The notes: generated by a model from the letters alone, not told the origin. A stretch of 64,000 nt of DNA from Promethearchaeati archaeon (GCA_013166775.1 JABLTJ010000009.1:1-64000); one strand, 5' to 3'. Positions 20,916 to 31,641 are shown, counted from the first letter of the stretch. Translations and numbers: made by a program.

Positions 20916-21304
20916 TGGAGCCCCCTAAAATCTGGAGAGAAAAACGAGAAAGATATCTTGCAGTTGGTATCAAATGTTTAGATTGTGAAAATAAAAGTTT
21001 TCCAAAATCAGAATTCTGTACTAAATGCAGTAGTAATAACGTTAAGGAATACAAACTTGCTGACACTGGTAAACTTCTCTATTTTACTCAAATTACACAG
21101 ACAGCACAAGAGATGATAGAATACGCTCCTTACATTGTAGGAATAGTCGAATTAGATGACACATTAAAAGTAACAGGTCAGATAGTGGATTGCAATCTTG
21201 ATGAAGTTAAAGAAGGGATGTCAGTCAGAATGGTTTTCAGGATATTAGCTCGAGATGGCAATGAAGGTTTGATAAGATATGGTTTTAAATTCGCACCATC
21301 TTAG
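20915..21304 (+). CDS. DUF35 Zn-ribbon/OB-fold scaffold protein
   Basis: CxxC...CxxC, PYIVGIVEL, YGFKF; overlaps thiolase stop. Confidence 0.9.
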   Translation: MEPPKIWREKRERYLAVGIKCLDCENKSFPKSEFCTKCSSNNVKEYKLADTGKLLYFTQITQTAQEMIEYAPYIVGIVELDDTLKVTGQIVDCNLDEVKEGMSVRMVFRILARDGNEGLIRYGFKFAPS

Positions 21305-21305
21305 A

Positions 21306-22682
21306 CTATTTCTTTAACTTTATTTGTTGCATCGAATGGACCATTAGTCCAACTTCTAGAAGTGTTCTTTTGATTGTATCTAATTCATGAGCATACTGTT
21401 GATCTCCTCCTAAAAAGAATCCATGTATGCCTCCTTGGAATTTATCTTTAACAGTGATAAATCCCCATCCACAACCACTTTTTTTCTTATCACAGAAGAC
21501 CAGGTAAGAGTTTTCCTTTGTTAGTTCAAGATTAAGCTTTAGTTTCTTAATAGTAGAAGCTGGTAGTTGATGAGAAATAGTAGTGTTCGAACAGAATGGA
21601 CATTTTGATGAAAACATTGTCTTTAGTCTCTTCTTAGCTTCTTGAAATACTTTAGAGAACCAATAACCTGATGAAACTTTAAGCAGTTCATGAAATTCCA
21701 TACTAGGTATTGGACTCAGCATGGAAATTGTAGGAACTTCTTCTATGTCTGCTATTTCTATTAGCTTTTTGAATCCTTTTACAGTAGTTTTTATTACAGT
21801 TGGATGTTCAAAATGCTTCTCAACAAAATCATTGTCTTTTGGGATGTAAGGTTGAAGATAACTAGCTTCAGGTTCTTTTGTAACTATATTGAAGAATATT
21901 GCTTTAATTGTAGTAGGAAATTTCACAGTTTTTGAACCAAAATAATAAACAGCAAAATCCATTAATTTTGGATGAATGTCTTCATCAGGTTCATCGACAA
22001 GAAAAATCATCATTTGATCTGTTTGTGTCAATGTCAAAACTAGCGGAGGAAGTGTAGGTTTGTTCAAATAAACTGATTTCATAATCCCGATTCTTCTAGA
22101 AGCAAGTAATTCTTCAATCTCCTTTACAGCTTGACTGATATTTTGTTCTGCTTCATACTCTGCGGGAGGTGATACATCAAAACCTTGATCCCTTAATGAA
22201 ATCTCGAAATCCTCATTCCAAAATTCCTTTATCCATTCCCATGGTAGATATACTACATTCTTCTTAACATACCAAAGTTTTGATTCTCTGGTTTCTTCAT
22301 CAAAATAATAGTAAAGAGGATGTTTCCTTGAAGATTTTTCCATAACGATTATGGGGATGGCCATCATTTTCTCGAATTTTTGACAATAGATAGGATCTGC
22401 ACCCATATTTAGAGAGCGAATGCAGCTAAGTAGCTTCAAAGCAGGTTCTTGGAGTTTGAGTTCAATTTGTTCATCATCGCCAACAAAAGGATCGCTAACT
22501 GCTCCACTGCGAGCTCTAATACATAGGAGAAGATCGTCTTTGTATGCGCACATAATAACTCGCTTATAACTCTCATAATAGTCAACTCCCCTTGTATAGA
22601 TGTTACACATTTCAATGGTAAATCCTTGATCTTGTAAATAAGCTTCAACAAGCTTCATGAAGTTGGTTTTGAACAAACTCAT
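21306..22682 (-). CDS. Hypothetical protein with C-terminal Zn-finger
   Basis: 458-aa ORF; CPFC...CDKKKSGCGW. Confidence 0.7.
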   Translation of the reverse strand: MSLFKTNFMKLVEAYLQDQGFTIEMCNIYTRGVDYYESYKRVIMCAYKDDLLLCIRARSGAVSDPFVGDDEQIELKLQEPALKLLSCIRSLNMGADPIYCQKFEKMMAIPIIVMEKSSRKHPLYYYFDEETRESKLWYVKKNVVYLPWEWIKEFWNEDFEISLRDQGFDVSPPAEYEAEQNISQAVKEIEELLASRRIGIMKSVYLNKPTLPPLVLTLTQTDQMMIFLVDEPDEDIHPKLMDFAVYYFGSKTVKFPTTIKAIFFNIVTKEPEASYLQPYIPKDNDFVEKHFEHPTVIKTTVKGFKKLIEIADIEEVPTISMLSPIPSMEFHELLKVSSGYWFSKVFQEAKKRLKTMFSSKCPFCSNTTISHQLPASTIKKLKLNLELTKENSYLVFCDKKKSGCGWGFITVKDKFQGGIHGFFLGGDQQYAHELDTIKRTLLEVGLMVHSMQQIKLKK

Positions 22683-22842
22683 ATCCGAACAGCTTTTGTT
22701 TTTAATGATAAGTTTTCTTATAAATCCGATTCAAAATTGAGTATTATACAAGTTTTTTCTTGTAACACTGAATCTTATGACTATTATTATTATTATTATA
22801 ATTTTTAAATTCGTTCAAAAATTTAAGAAAAGATATCTTATT

Positions 22843-23337
22843 TCAATCATCAATTGAGAGAGTAGACATTAAATCACTCACTATCTGAAGTGTATTTGTT
22901 TTATCTTCTTCAACATTGATTTCGATAAAATTGCAAATGCAATCAGGGTGAATTATTACTTGATAAAAACTGTTTCTCTTTCTGATTGAGAAAGGATATA
23001 ATTGACATGCCAATGGTTTGAATTCATGAACTTTACACCTCCCTTTTTCATCTAAGAAAGCACATTCTTTTACGAAAGGTTTTTTCCTTAGAATGTATGC
23101 TTTAATCAAACCATTCTCAAGATTCTTGCTAGGGATAAGTATTGGACTCAGTACTTCTATAGCTTGATCAATTTCTATTCCATTGTCCATCATATTAAGA
23201 ATATCTTGTTCAGTAGCAGGAATATTATTTAGCTTGCAACAATCAGTACAAAAAGTACATTCAAAATAAATATCCAGCAAAACATCTATCGTCCCATCTT
23301 TATTTATATTAGCTATAGGTGTATTGCTGATATCCAA
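22843..23337 (-). CDS. YkgJ-family CxxCxxCC Zn/Fe-S protein
   Basis: FECTFCTDCC, CAFLD...CKVH...PLACQLYPF. Confidence 0.85.
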   Translation of the reverse strand: MDISNTPIANINKDGTIDVLLDIYFECTFCTDCCKLNNIPATEQDILNMMDNGIEIDQAIEVLSPILIPSKNLENGLIKAYILRKKPFVKECAFLDEKGRCKVHEFKPLACQLYPFSIRKRNSFYQVIIHPDCICNFIEINVEEDKTNTLQIVSDLMSTLSIDD

Positions 23338-23494
23338 CTGAAATCATTATTTAACCAATTTGGACTCAATAAAAATGTTGTTGAACAAGATAAAAATCGC
23401 TAAGACATGTTTATTATACTTTAGAGAAAAATAGTTAACAGCCACTTTTCTTTTTGTTGAAAACAATTTTATATTAGAGTTTTCTCTCAATACT

Positions 23495-24172
23495 GTGTCC
23501 CAAGAATCGGAAAAATCTTACTTTGAATCTTTTTGGAAGTCCAATCTTCCCACAAGAAATTTGTTTATTATCATAACAATTAGTTATGTAATTATTTCTA
23601 TTGTTTCTATTGTAAGAGGTGAAATAACAGGTTTTATTGATGTCTTTACTATTTCTGATGATATTCTAGCCCGTGTTGGTCAATATAACTTGCTAGTACT
23701 AAACGGTCATGTTTACCAGCTATTTACCTCAATATTTGTTCACATCGATGTTCTTCATTTTCTTTCAAATTGCTTGTTTTTATTTATTTTTGGTTTAAGA
23801 GCTGAAGAGAGACTTCTTTCTTGGCATTACTATTTTATTTTCATAATATCAGGATTAATGGGAGGTTTACTTTCTCTTGCGTTTGGCCCAAATACAATAT
23901 CTGCAGGAGCGAGTGGAGGAGTTTTTGGACTCCTAGGTGTTGCTATTGTCTTAGCTTACGAAGAAGATAAAAGAAAATCAATATGGAGTTATTCAGGAGT
24001 TGGAGTTATCTTTTTGGTCATTACTGGTGGAATGAATGTAAACTTCTTAGCACATGCAATAGGATTGGTATCTGGAATATTACTTTCTCTTTTTGTACTA
24101 AAGAAAAGAAAACATGAAAAACAAATTCCAAAAATTAATCAGCATACTGCTAAGAATCTAAAAAATCAGTAA
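23495..24172 (+). CDS. Rhomboid intramembrane serine protease
   Basis: FVH..HFLSN, GASG (Ser), AHAIG (His). Confidence 0.9.
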   Translation: MSQESEKSYFESFWKSNLPTRNLFIIITISYVIISIVSIVRGEITGFIDVFTISDDILARVGQYNLLVLNGHVYQLFTSIFVHIDVLHFLSNCLFLFIFGLRAEERLLSWHYYFIFIISGLMGGLLSLAFGPNTISAGASGGVFGLLGVAIVLAYEEDKRKSIWSYSGVGVIFLVITGGMNVNFLAHAIGLVSGILLSLFVLKKRKHEKQIPKINQHTAKNLKNQ

Positions 24173-24839
24173 TCTTCTTTGTGTCAAATTCTTTCTTAAT
24201 TTTCTTTGCAGTATCCCAAGATTCTCTAACAAATAGAGGAAACTTCTTATTCTCTTTATAGGTTCTTTTGAGAAATGAAATAGTTTTGGGATCGTTTGGA
24301 TAACCAGAACCTATATCTATGCCCAGCTTGGAAGATAATTTTTCTAGCTCTCTGTCTCGCTGTACTTTTGCTATTATTGAAGAAGCAGACACAACTGGAT
24401 AATAACTATCAGCTTTATGTCTGGAAATTATTTTTGCTTTTGGAAATTCAATTTGGAAAGCTTCGCCAAATCGTTTTTCGTTCACATCTGCTGCATCAAT
24501 GTATATTTCATCAGGAGTTACAGAAAATTCTTTTGCAGCTTTAATCATGATTTTTTGTTCTATCACATTAAGTGTAAAATTCTTTCTTAATTCATCAATC
24601 TCTGCAGCAGAAACATGTTTGGCTTTAATCTCAAAAGCTATTTTTGAAAGAGTAGAATAAAGCCTTTCTCGGCTTTGTTTTGTCAATGTTTTGGAATCCC
24701 TTGCACCTACTTCTCTTAGTTTACTCTTGTCAGTTTCTTTAATCATATACGCGCATATTACCATTGGACCTATTACTGGTCCTCTTCCTGCTTCATCAAT
24801 TCCTACAATGTATTTACTTTTAGGAGTCATGCTTATCAC
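24150..24839 (-). CDS. rnhB: Ribonuclease HII
   Basis: GIDEAGRGPVIGP, RDSK, SASSIIAKV, GSGYPND. Confidence 0.95.
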   Translation of the reverse strand: MISMTPKSKYIVGIDEAGRGPVIGPMVICAYMIKETDKSKLREVGARDSKTLTKQSRERLYSTLSKIAFEIKAKHVSAAEIDELRKNFTLNVIEQKIMIKAAKEFSVTPDEIYIDAADVNEKRFGEAFQIEFPKAKIISRHKADSYYPVVSASSIIAKVQRDRELEKLSSKLGIDIGSGYPNDPKTISFLKRTYKENKKFPLFVRESWDTAKKIKKEFDTKKITDFLDS

Positions 24840-24847
24840 ATATTAAA

Positions 24848-26029
24848 TCAATGGAGAGCTATAACATCAGATAGATCTTGATAGGAAGCATTGGTTTTCA
24901 AACCTTGAGGATCAAATGAAGTTCTAGATGCAATATAACCCTTCTCTCTTAAAGAATCAATAATCATCTGAATTCCTATTCCAACTTTCTTGAGCCTTCT
25001 CAATACATATGGTAGAAAATAGAAAAATGGTGGGGATTCAGCTTCTTCTATCATTCTTGTAAGTTTTTTTTCAATCTCGTTTTTCGAAGGCATATCGCTT
25101 TCTTGAAGAACTGTCCTCAATTCTTCGATGTACTCTCTATAGTAAAGCTGCTCTAACCACAATGGTCCTGCTTTCTCTAATCTCATCTTACAAACTGGAC
25201 AATCAGTAGACTCCATTATTTCAGAGATTTTAGCAGACTTAAAATAAGAACATTCAGTGCAGAAATATACAAAACCGATATTCTGATGTTGTAGATTCGC
25301 TTTTTCTTTACTCTTAATTATCTTAACTTTCACTCTTAGGAAGTGTTCATGATGATAACTTATTACAGGATCTATTGCTACACCAGTTCTTCCAGCACTA
25401 ATCAAGAGATTATATAATAAAATACGTAATGCAACCTCATGGCAAAGGAAGTTTCTAGTTGGTATTGAGTTGTATATACGAAGGCATGCATTTGCATATT
25501 TACCACACAAAACCTGCAAATCAGTAGCTGTTACAAAAAGATAACCTTCGTTTTTCTGTAAAACCTGAATCGCGGAGTCTATAAACTGTATTGGTGATCC
25601 AAAAGGATCTATATCTATCACATCAATAGTTTCTTGTTTCTTGATGAATTCACTTATCGTAATTGAAGCATCTGAATGTTTTACTTCAAGTTTATCATCA
25701 AATCCGATTTCTTCTATGTTTCTTTGAATTGTTTCAACAGCTATTGGGTTTCTGTCACCTGTATAAATTTTTCCTATAATGTTAGAAGGCAATTCCTTTA
25801 GTATCCTATAGCTTCTAACTCCTGTTCCAGCCAAGGGATCTAGTATTGTTAGTGGTTCTGTTTTTTGTTTTGAAATCATCTTCAAAACAAGCAACGTTAG
25901 GTCTCTGTTAATTGTCATCTCTGGATTATAAAAAACTGATGAATCGTAGATTCTTTCGGCATCTTTGAAAATTATAAATTCTGTTTCGCCTTCTTTGGTT
26001 TTCTTCCATTCACCTTCTGAGAATTTCAT
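24848..26029 (-). CDS. trm1: tRNA (guanine-26-N2)-dimethyltransferase
   Basis: VFYNP..NRD, AGTGVR, DIDPFGSP, VTATD, Zn-finger, GPLW. Confidence 0.95.
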   Translation of the reverse strand: MKFSEGEWKKTKEGETEFIIFKDAERIYDSSVFYNPEMTINRDLTLLVLKMISKQKTEPLTILDPLAGTGVRSYRILKELPSNIIGKIYTGDRNPIAVETIQRNIEEIGFDDKLEVKHSDASITISEFIKKQETIDVIDIDPFGSPIQFIDSAIQVLQKNEGYLFVTATDLQVLCGKYANACLRIYNSIPTRNFLCHEVALRILLYNLLISAGRTGVAIDPVISYHHEHFLRVKVKIIKSKEKANLQHQNIGFVYFCTECSYFKSAKISEIMESTDCPVCKMRLEKAGPLWLEQLYYREYIEELRTVLQESDMPSKNEIEKKLTRMIEEAESPPFFYFLPYVLRRLKKVGIGIQMIIDSLREKGYIASRTSFDPQGLKTNASYQDLSDVIALH

Positions 26030-26035
26030 ATGTTT

Positions 26036-26668
26036 CTACTCTTCTGCATTTTTGTTTTCAGTGGTAATTAAATCCTTACCAATTACGTAAATCTCCGCAC
26101 TTTTTTTTCGAGATGCTTTTGGCTTAAATAACTTTACATCTTTGAAAGTCTCTTTCATTCTCCTTATAAAATCTTGATGCTCACTACCTTGGAATGTTTT
26201 ACATACAAAGCAACCATTTTCCTTCAATAATTTCTCAGAGAGATCTAGAGCACGATTAGCTAATGAAATCTGTATTGAATGATCTCTATTATAATCTCCT
26301 GAGATATTCGGAGCACAATCAGAAATCAAAACATCGATTATCTTAAAATTCGCTATAATGAAGTTAGCTAATTCTTCATCAAAAATATCTCTATTAACAA
26401 TCTCAATATTTTTTTCCTTGAAGGGAGAGATATAAGCTTTATCAATGGCTATGACTTTACCATTTTGTCCTACTTTTTTAGATGCAATTTGCGACCATCC
26501 TCCGGGAGATGCACCTAAATCTACTACTATTTGCCCATTCTTGAATACTCTGAATTTATCATTTATTTCTAATAATTTGTATGAAGCTCTTGATCTGAAA
26601 CCTTTGTATTTGGCTTTAAGATAAAAATAATCATCACTCAACAAGTTCACATACAAATTTAAGTACAA
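26036..26668 (-). CDS. rlmE: 23S rRNA 2'-O-methyltransferase RlmE/FtsJ
   Basis: RSRASYKL, DLGASPGGWSQ, SDCAPNISG, KPKASRKKSAEIY; start may be ~27 nt downstream. Confidence 0.9.
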   Translation of the reverse strand: MYLNLYVNLLSDDYFYLKAKYKGFRSRASYKLLEINDKFRVFKNGQIVVDLGASPGGWSQIASKKVGQNGKVIAIDKAYISPFKEKNIEIVNRDIFDEELANFIIANFKIIDVLISDCAPNISGDYNRDHSIQISLANRALDLSEKLLKENGCFVCKTFQGSEHQDFIRRMKETFKDVKLFKPKASRKKSAEIYVIGKDLITTENKNAEE

Positions 26669-26730
26669 CTAAATTGATATTATTGATAAGAGTTACGTCT
26701 TCCTCCCACATTAAAAAACAGACTATTACT

Positions 26731-27195
26731 CTACTTCATAGGAATTTTAACTCTGTCATCATCGTCAAGAATTTCATATTCTACAAATTGATATGGCTGA
26801 ATTTTATTTGAATCGTCTTCTTCTATTAACCATTCGTTATACAATCTGCAAGAAACAGGATTTACAGGATTATTAATGCCACACTCATGAATTCTATCGC
26901 ATGTAAAACATGGGCAGATCATTGTCAGCCATCCAGTAACTTCTTTCTTTGGAATAGTTAGAACAAAATCCTTTACGTTGCCTATTCTAATTGGAATCTT
27001 TAGAATCTTATTTGAATATAACAGTTCATCAATTTTAAGAATTATTGAATCATGATTTCCCAAAAGATCCAAAACTTCTCTGTATAACAATTGCTTATTT
27101 TGAGTTCTGTCAATAAGCTCAATAATTTCATCTCCAAGAGCACTACTATAATTCTTCTCAATCTTAATTCTCTGGCTTGGAATCATCTTCAACAC
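26731..27195 (-). CDS. RPC34/RPC39-like protein (TFE-beta homolog): wHTH + Fe-S cluster domain
   Basis: C-terminal CPCFTC..IHEC...NPVSC..YNEWL matches the RPC34 Cys motif; context next to gar1/trm1. Confidence 0.7.
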   Translation of the reverse strand: MLKMIPSQRIKIEKNYSSALGDEIIELIDRTQNKQLLYREVLDLLGNHDSIILKIDELLYSNKILKIPIRIGNVKDFVLTIPKKEVTGWLTMICPCFTCDRIHECGINNPVNPVSCRLYNEWLIEEDDSNKIQPYQFVEYEILDDDDRVKIPMK

Positions 27196-27403
27196 ACCTG
27201 AATTTTATTCTCTCTACGAATTAAATTGCACTATGAAGGATAATGTTCATTAGCAATCCTATCTTCTAATAAAGACATTGCTTTTTTACATATTTAAGTG
27301 TTGATACGTGTCGAGAAAATGTATTGCGAAAATATAAAAAAATAAATAGAAAAAAGCATATTTTTGCGACATAAATCATAGTATCTAACTACTGAATACT
27401 TTA

Positions 27404-27715
27404 CTAATAAGAACTTCTGGATTTATTTTTCTGGTAAGATTTCTTTCTCTGCCTTACATTTACTTGTTTTCTATCTATCGTGTATAGCATAGTATTTTTT
27501 ACGATTATGTCTGAGTACTGAGGCTTGATTCTAATACTTACATACGGTTTCTTAACAGGCCCAAAAATATCTATTACATCCCCAATATGCTCCATTTTTT
27601 CAGAGACAACATTAGAACCAATTTTTGGTAATTTTTGTGGATCGATTACAATTGCGTTTCCTAAATCAGTATAGTGAGTAATATTACCTAGTTTTCTTAT
27701 TCGCGATTGATCCAA
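27404..27715 (-). CDS. gar1: H/ACA RNP protein Gar1
   Basis: IGDVIDIFGPVKKPYVSI. Confidence 0.85.
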   Translation of the reverse strand: MDQSRIRKLGNITHYTDLGNAIVIDPQKLPKIGSNVVSEKMEHIGDVIDIFGPVKKPYVSIRIKPQYSDIIVKNTMLYTIDRKQVNVRQRKKSYQKNKSRSSY

Positions 27716-27759
27716 TAATATCCCCTTTTTTGGAGCTTGAATAAAATATTCACAGACTT

Positions 27760-28113
27760 TTATTTCTTTGAAGTAGATTTTTTCTTTTTATCTGGTGTTT
27801 TTTCAACTTTCTTTAACTTTCTAGAAATATTAGCGACTCTTCTTATCAAATCAGTTTTGTTTTCAATCCCTTCAGGATTTATTATTACTCTTCCTTCGCT
27901 TGCCCACCAGTTCTTCGAATACTTTTTATCTTTTTCAACTTCAAAATCTAATTCTAAATATTTACATGCATAAACTATTTTTGATAAAGTACAATTCTCT
28001 ACTGCTTTGTTTTTTGGTACTATTCTTCCTTGTTTTCTTGATAAAGATTTGTTAAAATATTCAGGATATAAAACAAAGTACCTTTTTCTTCGCAACATGG
28101 ATCTTCCTTCCAT
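27760..28113 (-). CDS. srp19: Signal recognition particle protein SRP19
   Basis: VLYPEYF..SRKQGRIVPK..AVEN, KKYSKNWW..GRV. Confidence 0.9.
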   Translation of the reverse strand: MEGRSMLRRKRYFVLYPEYFNKSLSRKQGRIVPKNKAVENCTLSKIVYACKYLELDFEVEKDKKYSKNWWASEGRVIINPEGIENKTDLIRRVANISRKLKKVEKTPDKKKKSTSKK

Positions 28114-28137
28114 TATTATCTAATTGTTAGAAAGAAT

Positions 28138-28539
28138 TTATTTCTCTACCTCTTTTTTATCAAGTAAAACACCGTTTAAAACCCCATGCTGTCCTGGTCT
28201 GCTAGTTATTTTTGCTTTTCCAGCTTCTGTATCCACTACACAACCTTTTGTAATGATACGTCTTCTTGCATACTCTCGATTGGCTTTATTTTCTAGAACA
28301 TTAAGTATTCTGACTTTCTGTGTTTCACCTGAGGATTGATCAAGAATATTTATAAATTCATCTTTCAAGAGTCTGTGTTTGTGATTTCCTCCTCTTGTAC
28401 GGATGTGTTTTAGCTTTCTCTCACCTATTTGTGTCTCAGCGGGATAGCGTCCCATATCTCTCTTTTTCTTGGAAGAAGCTCTTCGAATTAATCCACCAGA
28501 GAGTTTCTTTCTTGACCTTTTTAACCATTGATATGGCAT
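28138..28539 (-). CDS. rps8e: 30S ribosomal protein S8e
   Basis: RSRKKLSGG, RTRGGN, RRRIITKG, TSRPGQHGVLNGVL; start trimmed to MPYQW. Confidence 0.95.
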   Translation of the reverse strand: MPYQWLKRSRKKLSGGLIRRASSKKKRDMGRYPAETQIGERKLKHIRTRGGNHKHRLLKDEFINILDQSSGETQKVRILNVLENKANREYARRRIITKGCVVDTEAGKAKITSRPGQHGVLNGVLLDKKEVEK

Positions 28540-28695
28540 AGTCTCTTCACCTTGGATTTCTTCCATTTTGTTTAAATATAAGAGTTTCCATTCCAAAGTC
28601 AAATCATTGTAGAATTTTCTGATAAACTATCTTATGAAACAAAAACCTTGCAGTAATAGGAAAAATCTAAAAGTAAATAACACTTTTGTATATCT

Positions 28696-31641
28696 ATGAA
28701 AAATAAGCTAGTGGTTCTATTCCTGTTTTTTTTACTCATTCCTTTCGCATTGATTAATTCAATTTCCTTACAAAATCAAGTAAATGTCAATCTAATTCCT
28801 GAAATCTATTCTAGCATAATTGATGCTGGAGAAGAGGGTTTAGGTTTTGTTAGATCTTCTAATTTAATTGATACTTACTGGAAAAAACCAATGAAAATAG
28901 AGGAAGTATGGAATAAACTAGGAGAATGTAAGAACAGAGCTTTAATTTCGTTTTTCAGTCATAAAGAAAGAGATCAATTTTACGAGAATCTTTCCGATAC
29001 AGATGTTTATGTTTCTAGAATATACAAAGCAATCCCTGCAATTTCTATTGAGTATGTGGAGGATGCACTAGTTACTCTTGATTTTGAATCCTACAAAATA
29101 AAATACATTTATCCCTTAGGTTCCTACAGTTATTACACACCTCAGAATATCGATATGGACTTGAGTGGTCGAGTTGAATTAGCAGATTTACGTAAAGCTC
29201 TTGAGATTGACGCTTTGCATGAGATGGGTTATTCAGGCTATGGTGTGACTGTAGCAGTATTGGATAGCGGAATAACAGCTATTGAAGATGAAATACCATC
29301 TTTATACAAATTGAAAAATTATGATGAGTTAAAAATCGTTGGTAATGTCCAACCCAGTGCTGCTAGTATGAATGAAGATATCACTGATTTAAGTGGTCAC
29401 GGAACTCACATATCCTCAATTTTAGCAGGAAATGGTCTGTTCATGGAAAACGATGAAATAGTGGATACAGATGATTATGGAATGGCACCAGATGCGAAGA
29501 TATACAATGTTAAAGTTTTAGACAAAACTGGTTTTGGAGAAGATCAATGGCTCATTGATGGATTTGACGAAGCATTACATCCCAGTATTCAAGGGGTAGA
29601 TGTTGACATAATTTCTGCTAGTCTGACATCTCTTACATTCAATGCAATGTCCGATCCCATTCTTGATTTAGTAGCTGAAGCTAATGATCTTGGGATATTG
29701 GTGGTTGCATCTGGAGGAAACTATGGTCCTTCTGGATCATCTATAGGAGCTCCTGCAATTTCTGACTTTGTTATATCAGTTGGTGCGACCCAAAGCCTGG
29801 ATGATTTAGCAGTCTATACTTCGAAAGGTTTGAATCTTAATTTTTCATCAGGTATCGATATTTTAGCTCCAGGTAATGGTGTAGGTGGAGCTGATGCATA
29901 CACTGGTGGTAAAGATTATCGATCTGGTACTTCTGTTTCCGCTCCTATAGTGAGTGGAGTTTTAGCACTTCTTTTGGATGCTTTTCCAGAATTAGATTCT
30001 CACCATAAATATGAAGCAGCTGTGTTAGAAACTGCTATTGATCTAAACAAACCTATTGTATCTCAAGGAAATGGTTTGATTGATCCATTAGAAGCTTATA
30101 GCTATTTAGACCTCAATAAAGATCTAGATATGTTCAGTCTAAATCCCAATAGAATCTCTCCTGAAAATCTATACTATTACGCTTGTGTTGAAGGTGAGAA
30201 TACACAATATAGAGCAAAAATAGTCTCTTCTAGTAATCAGAATCTTACTGTTAACGTTATAAGTATCTCTAATTTCTTTAAATTCCCGTCAACGATTGAA
30301 GTAGTTGAAGGTTGGAATCATTTTGATTTTAATATTTCAATTCCTCTAGGAACGAAACTTACAGATGTTGGTGGGTCAATAATTTTTGAAAATGCTGATG
30401 ATATTGAAATAAGGATGAATATTAACATCCAGACAAGATATCTTGGAGGTAAAGTGTTATTTGATGTATCCCATGACAACGATACTGGGGTTAACTCATT
30501 TGATGGATCCTCTCCAATTGGCACTCATATCTATTTATCTAGAAGATTGAAAGACAGAGGATTTCAAGTTTTAACTCATTCAAATGGAAGCTATGATTTC
30601 TCAGATATTAATATCTTGGTCATTTCAGATCCTGAATTGGGTTACTCATCAGAAGAACTAACAGCTATTTCTGATTTTGTTCAGGATGGTGGATCGCTTC
30701 TTTTCTTAGTAAATAGTATTAGATTAGTTGACAGTGGTTTCATTGAAGAAGAACCCATTATTTCCAGCAATTATACTGTTTGTGAACAAGTTCTAGAAAT
30801 GTTTGATGTTGTCGTATTTGATGGGATGCCAATAGATTATGTTCCCTACAGAGCTGAGGTAACAAACCAAGCAGATATGTTAAATGTAGATGAATTCCTC
30901 TTCTGGGGATGGCCTGTTGCTTTTTCACAAGAGTCCACTAATGAGAATAATATTGTTTTAGCAGAAATAGAAACAAAACAATGGACTGTTCCTCTCAGTG
31001 TTGCGTTAACCACTGATATTGGAGATGGAAGAGTGATGGTTTTCGGATCAGGTTATCCTTTTACAGATCTTGGTCTTGTCTTTGACTCATTTGAAAACAG
31101 TCCTGGAAGAGCTAATCTGACTACTAGTTACAAAGATCTTTTCTTATTAGATGATATGAATAACCAATTAGTAAATGATTCGTTTAATTGGTTAATCTCT
31201 AAAAATAGACCTATGCTTAGTGTTCAGTACATTCCTGAAAAATTCTATACTAAAGATCAGTTTACTCTTCAAATTTCAATACAGAAAAAGGATAGTGCGC
31301 CATATATTGCACAGGGTGGAGAAATTGAAGGGACTATCATTTATCCAGATCATTCATTCAATCATTTCTCTTTGAGTAGAGTTCAACATCCTGAGTTGAG
31401 TATTTATGCTGTGGAATTAATTCTGCCTTACTATGGGCAATACACAATTTTTGTTCCTCTAAAACTTGAGGATCATACATATACGGATGGAAGAATTGAA
31501 ATTTTTGGAAATGTTCCTTTATGGAAATACATACCTCTGATTAGAAATGTTGCAGGAGGTATAACTGCCTTCATTATCATTGCAGTCGTATTAATCCCAA
31601 CTCTTCGTATAAGATTCCAAAAAACAGCAAAGGAAATATAA
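28696..31641 (+). CDS. Membrane-anchored S8 subtilase with C-terminal GldG/DUF4350-like domain (site-1-protease-like architecture)
   Basis: Triad VLDSG / HGTH / SGTSVSAP; signal peptide; VLFDVSH..LVISDP..GGSLL..GRVMVFG domain; C-terminal TM. Confidence 0.85.
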   Translation: MKNKLVVLFLFFLLIPFALINSISLQNQVNVNLIPEIYSSIIDAGEEGLGFVRSSNLIDTYWKKPMKIEEVWNKLGECKNRALISFFSHKERDQFYENLSDTDVYVSRIYKAIPAISIEYVEDALVTLDFESYKIKYIYPLGSYSYYTPQNIDMDLSGRVELADLRKALEIDALHEMGYSGYGVTVAVLDSGITAIEDEIPSLYKLKNYDELKIVGNVQPSAASMNEDITDLSGHGTHISSILAGNGLFMENDEIVDTDDYGMAPDAKIYNVKVLDKTGFGEDQWLIDGFDEALHPSIQGVDVDIISASLTSLTFNAMSDPILDLVAEANDLGILVVASGGNYGPSGSSIGAPAISDFVISVGATQSLDDLAVYTSKGLNLNFSSGIDILAPGNGVGGADAYTGGKDYRSGTSVSAPIVSGVLALLLDAFPELDSHHKYEAAVLETAIDLNKPIVSQGNGLIDPLEAYSYLDLNKDLDMFSLNPNRISPENLYYYACVEGENTQYRAKIVSSSNQNLTVNVISISNFFKFPSTIEVVEGWNHFDFNISIPLGTKLTDVGGSIIFENADDIEIRMNINIQTRYLGGKVLFDVSHDNDTGVNSFDGSSPIGTHIYLSRRLKDRGFQVLTHSNGSYDFSDINILVISDPELGYSSEELTAISDFVQDGGSLLFLVNSIRLVDSGFIEEEPIISSNYTVCEQVLEMFDVVVFDGMPIDYVPYRAEVTNQADMLNVDEFLFWGWPVAFSQESTNENNIVLAEIETKQWTVPLSVALTTDIGDGRVMVFGSGYPFTDLGLVFDSFENSPGRANLTTSYKDLFLLDDMNNQLVNDSFNWLISKNRPMLSVQYIPEKFYTKDQFTLQISIQKKDSAPYIAQGGEIEGTIIYPDHSFNHFSLSRVQHPELSIYAVELILPYYGQYTIFVPLKLEDHTYTDGRIEIFGNVPLWKYIPLIRNVAGGITAFIIIAVVLIPTLRIRFQKTAKEI

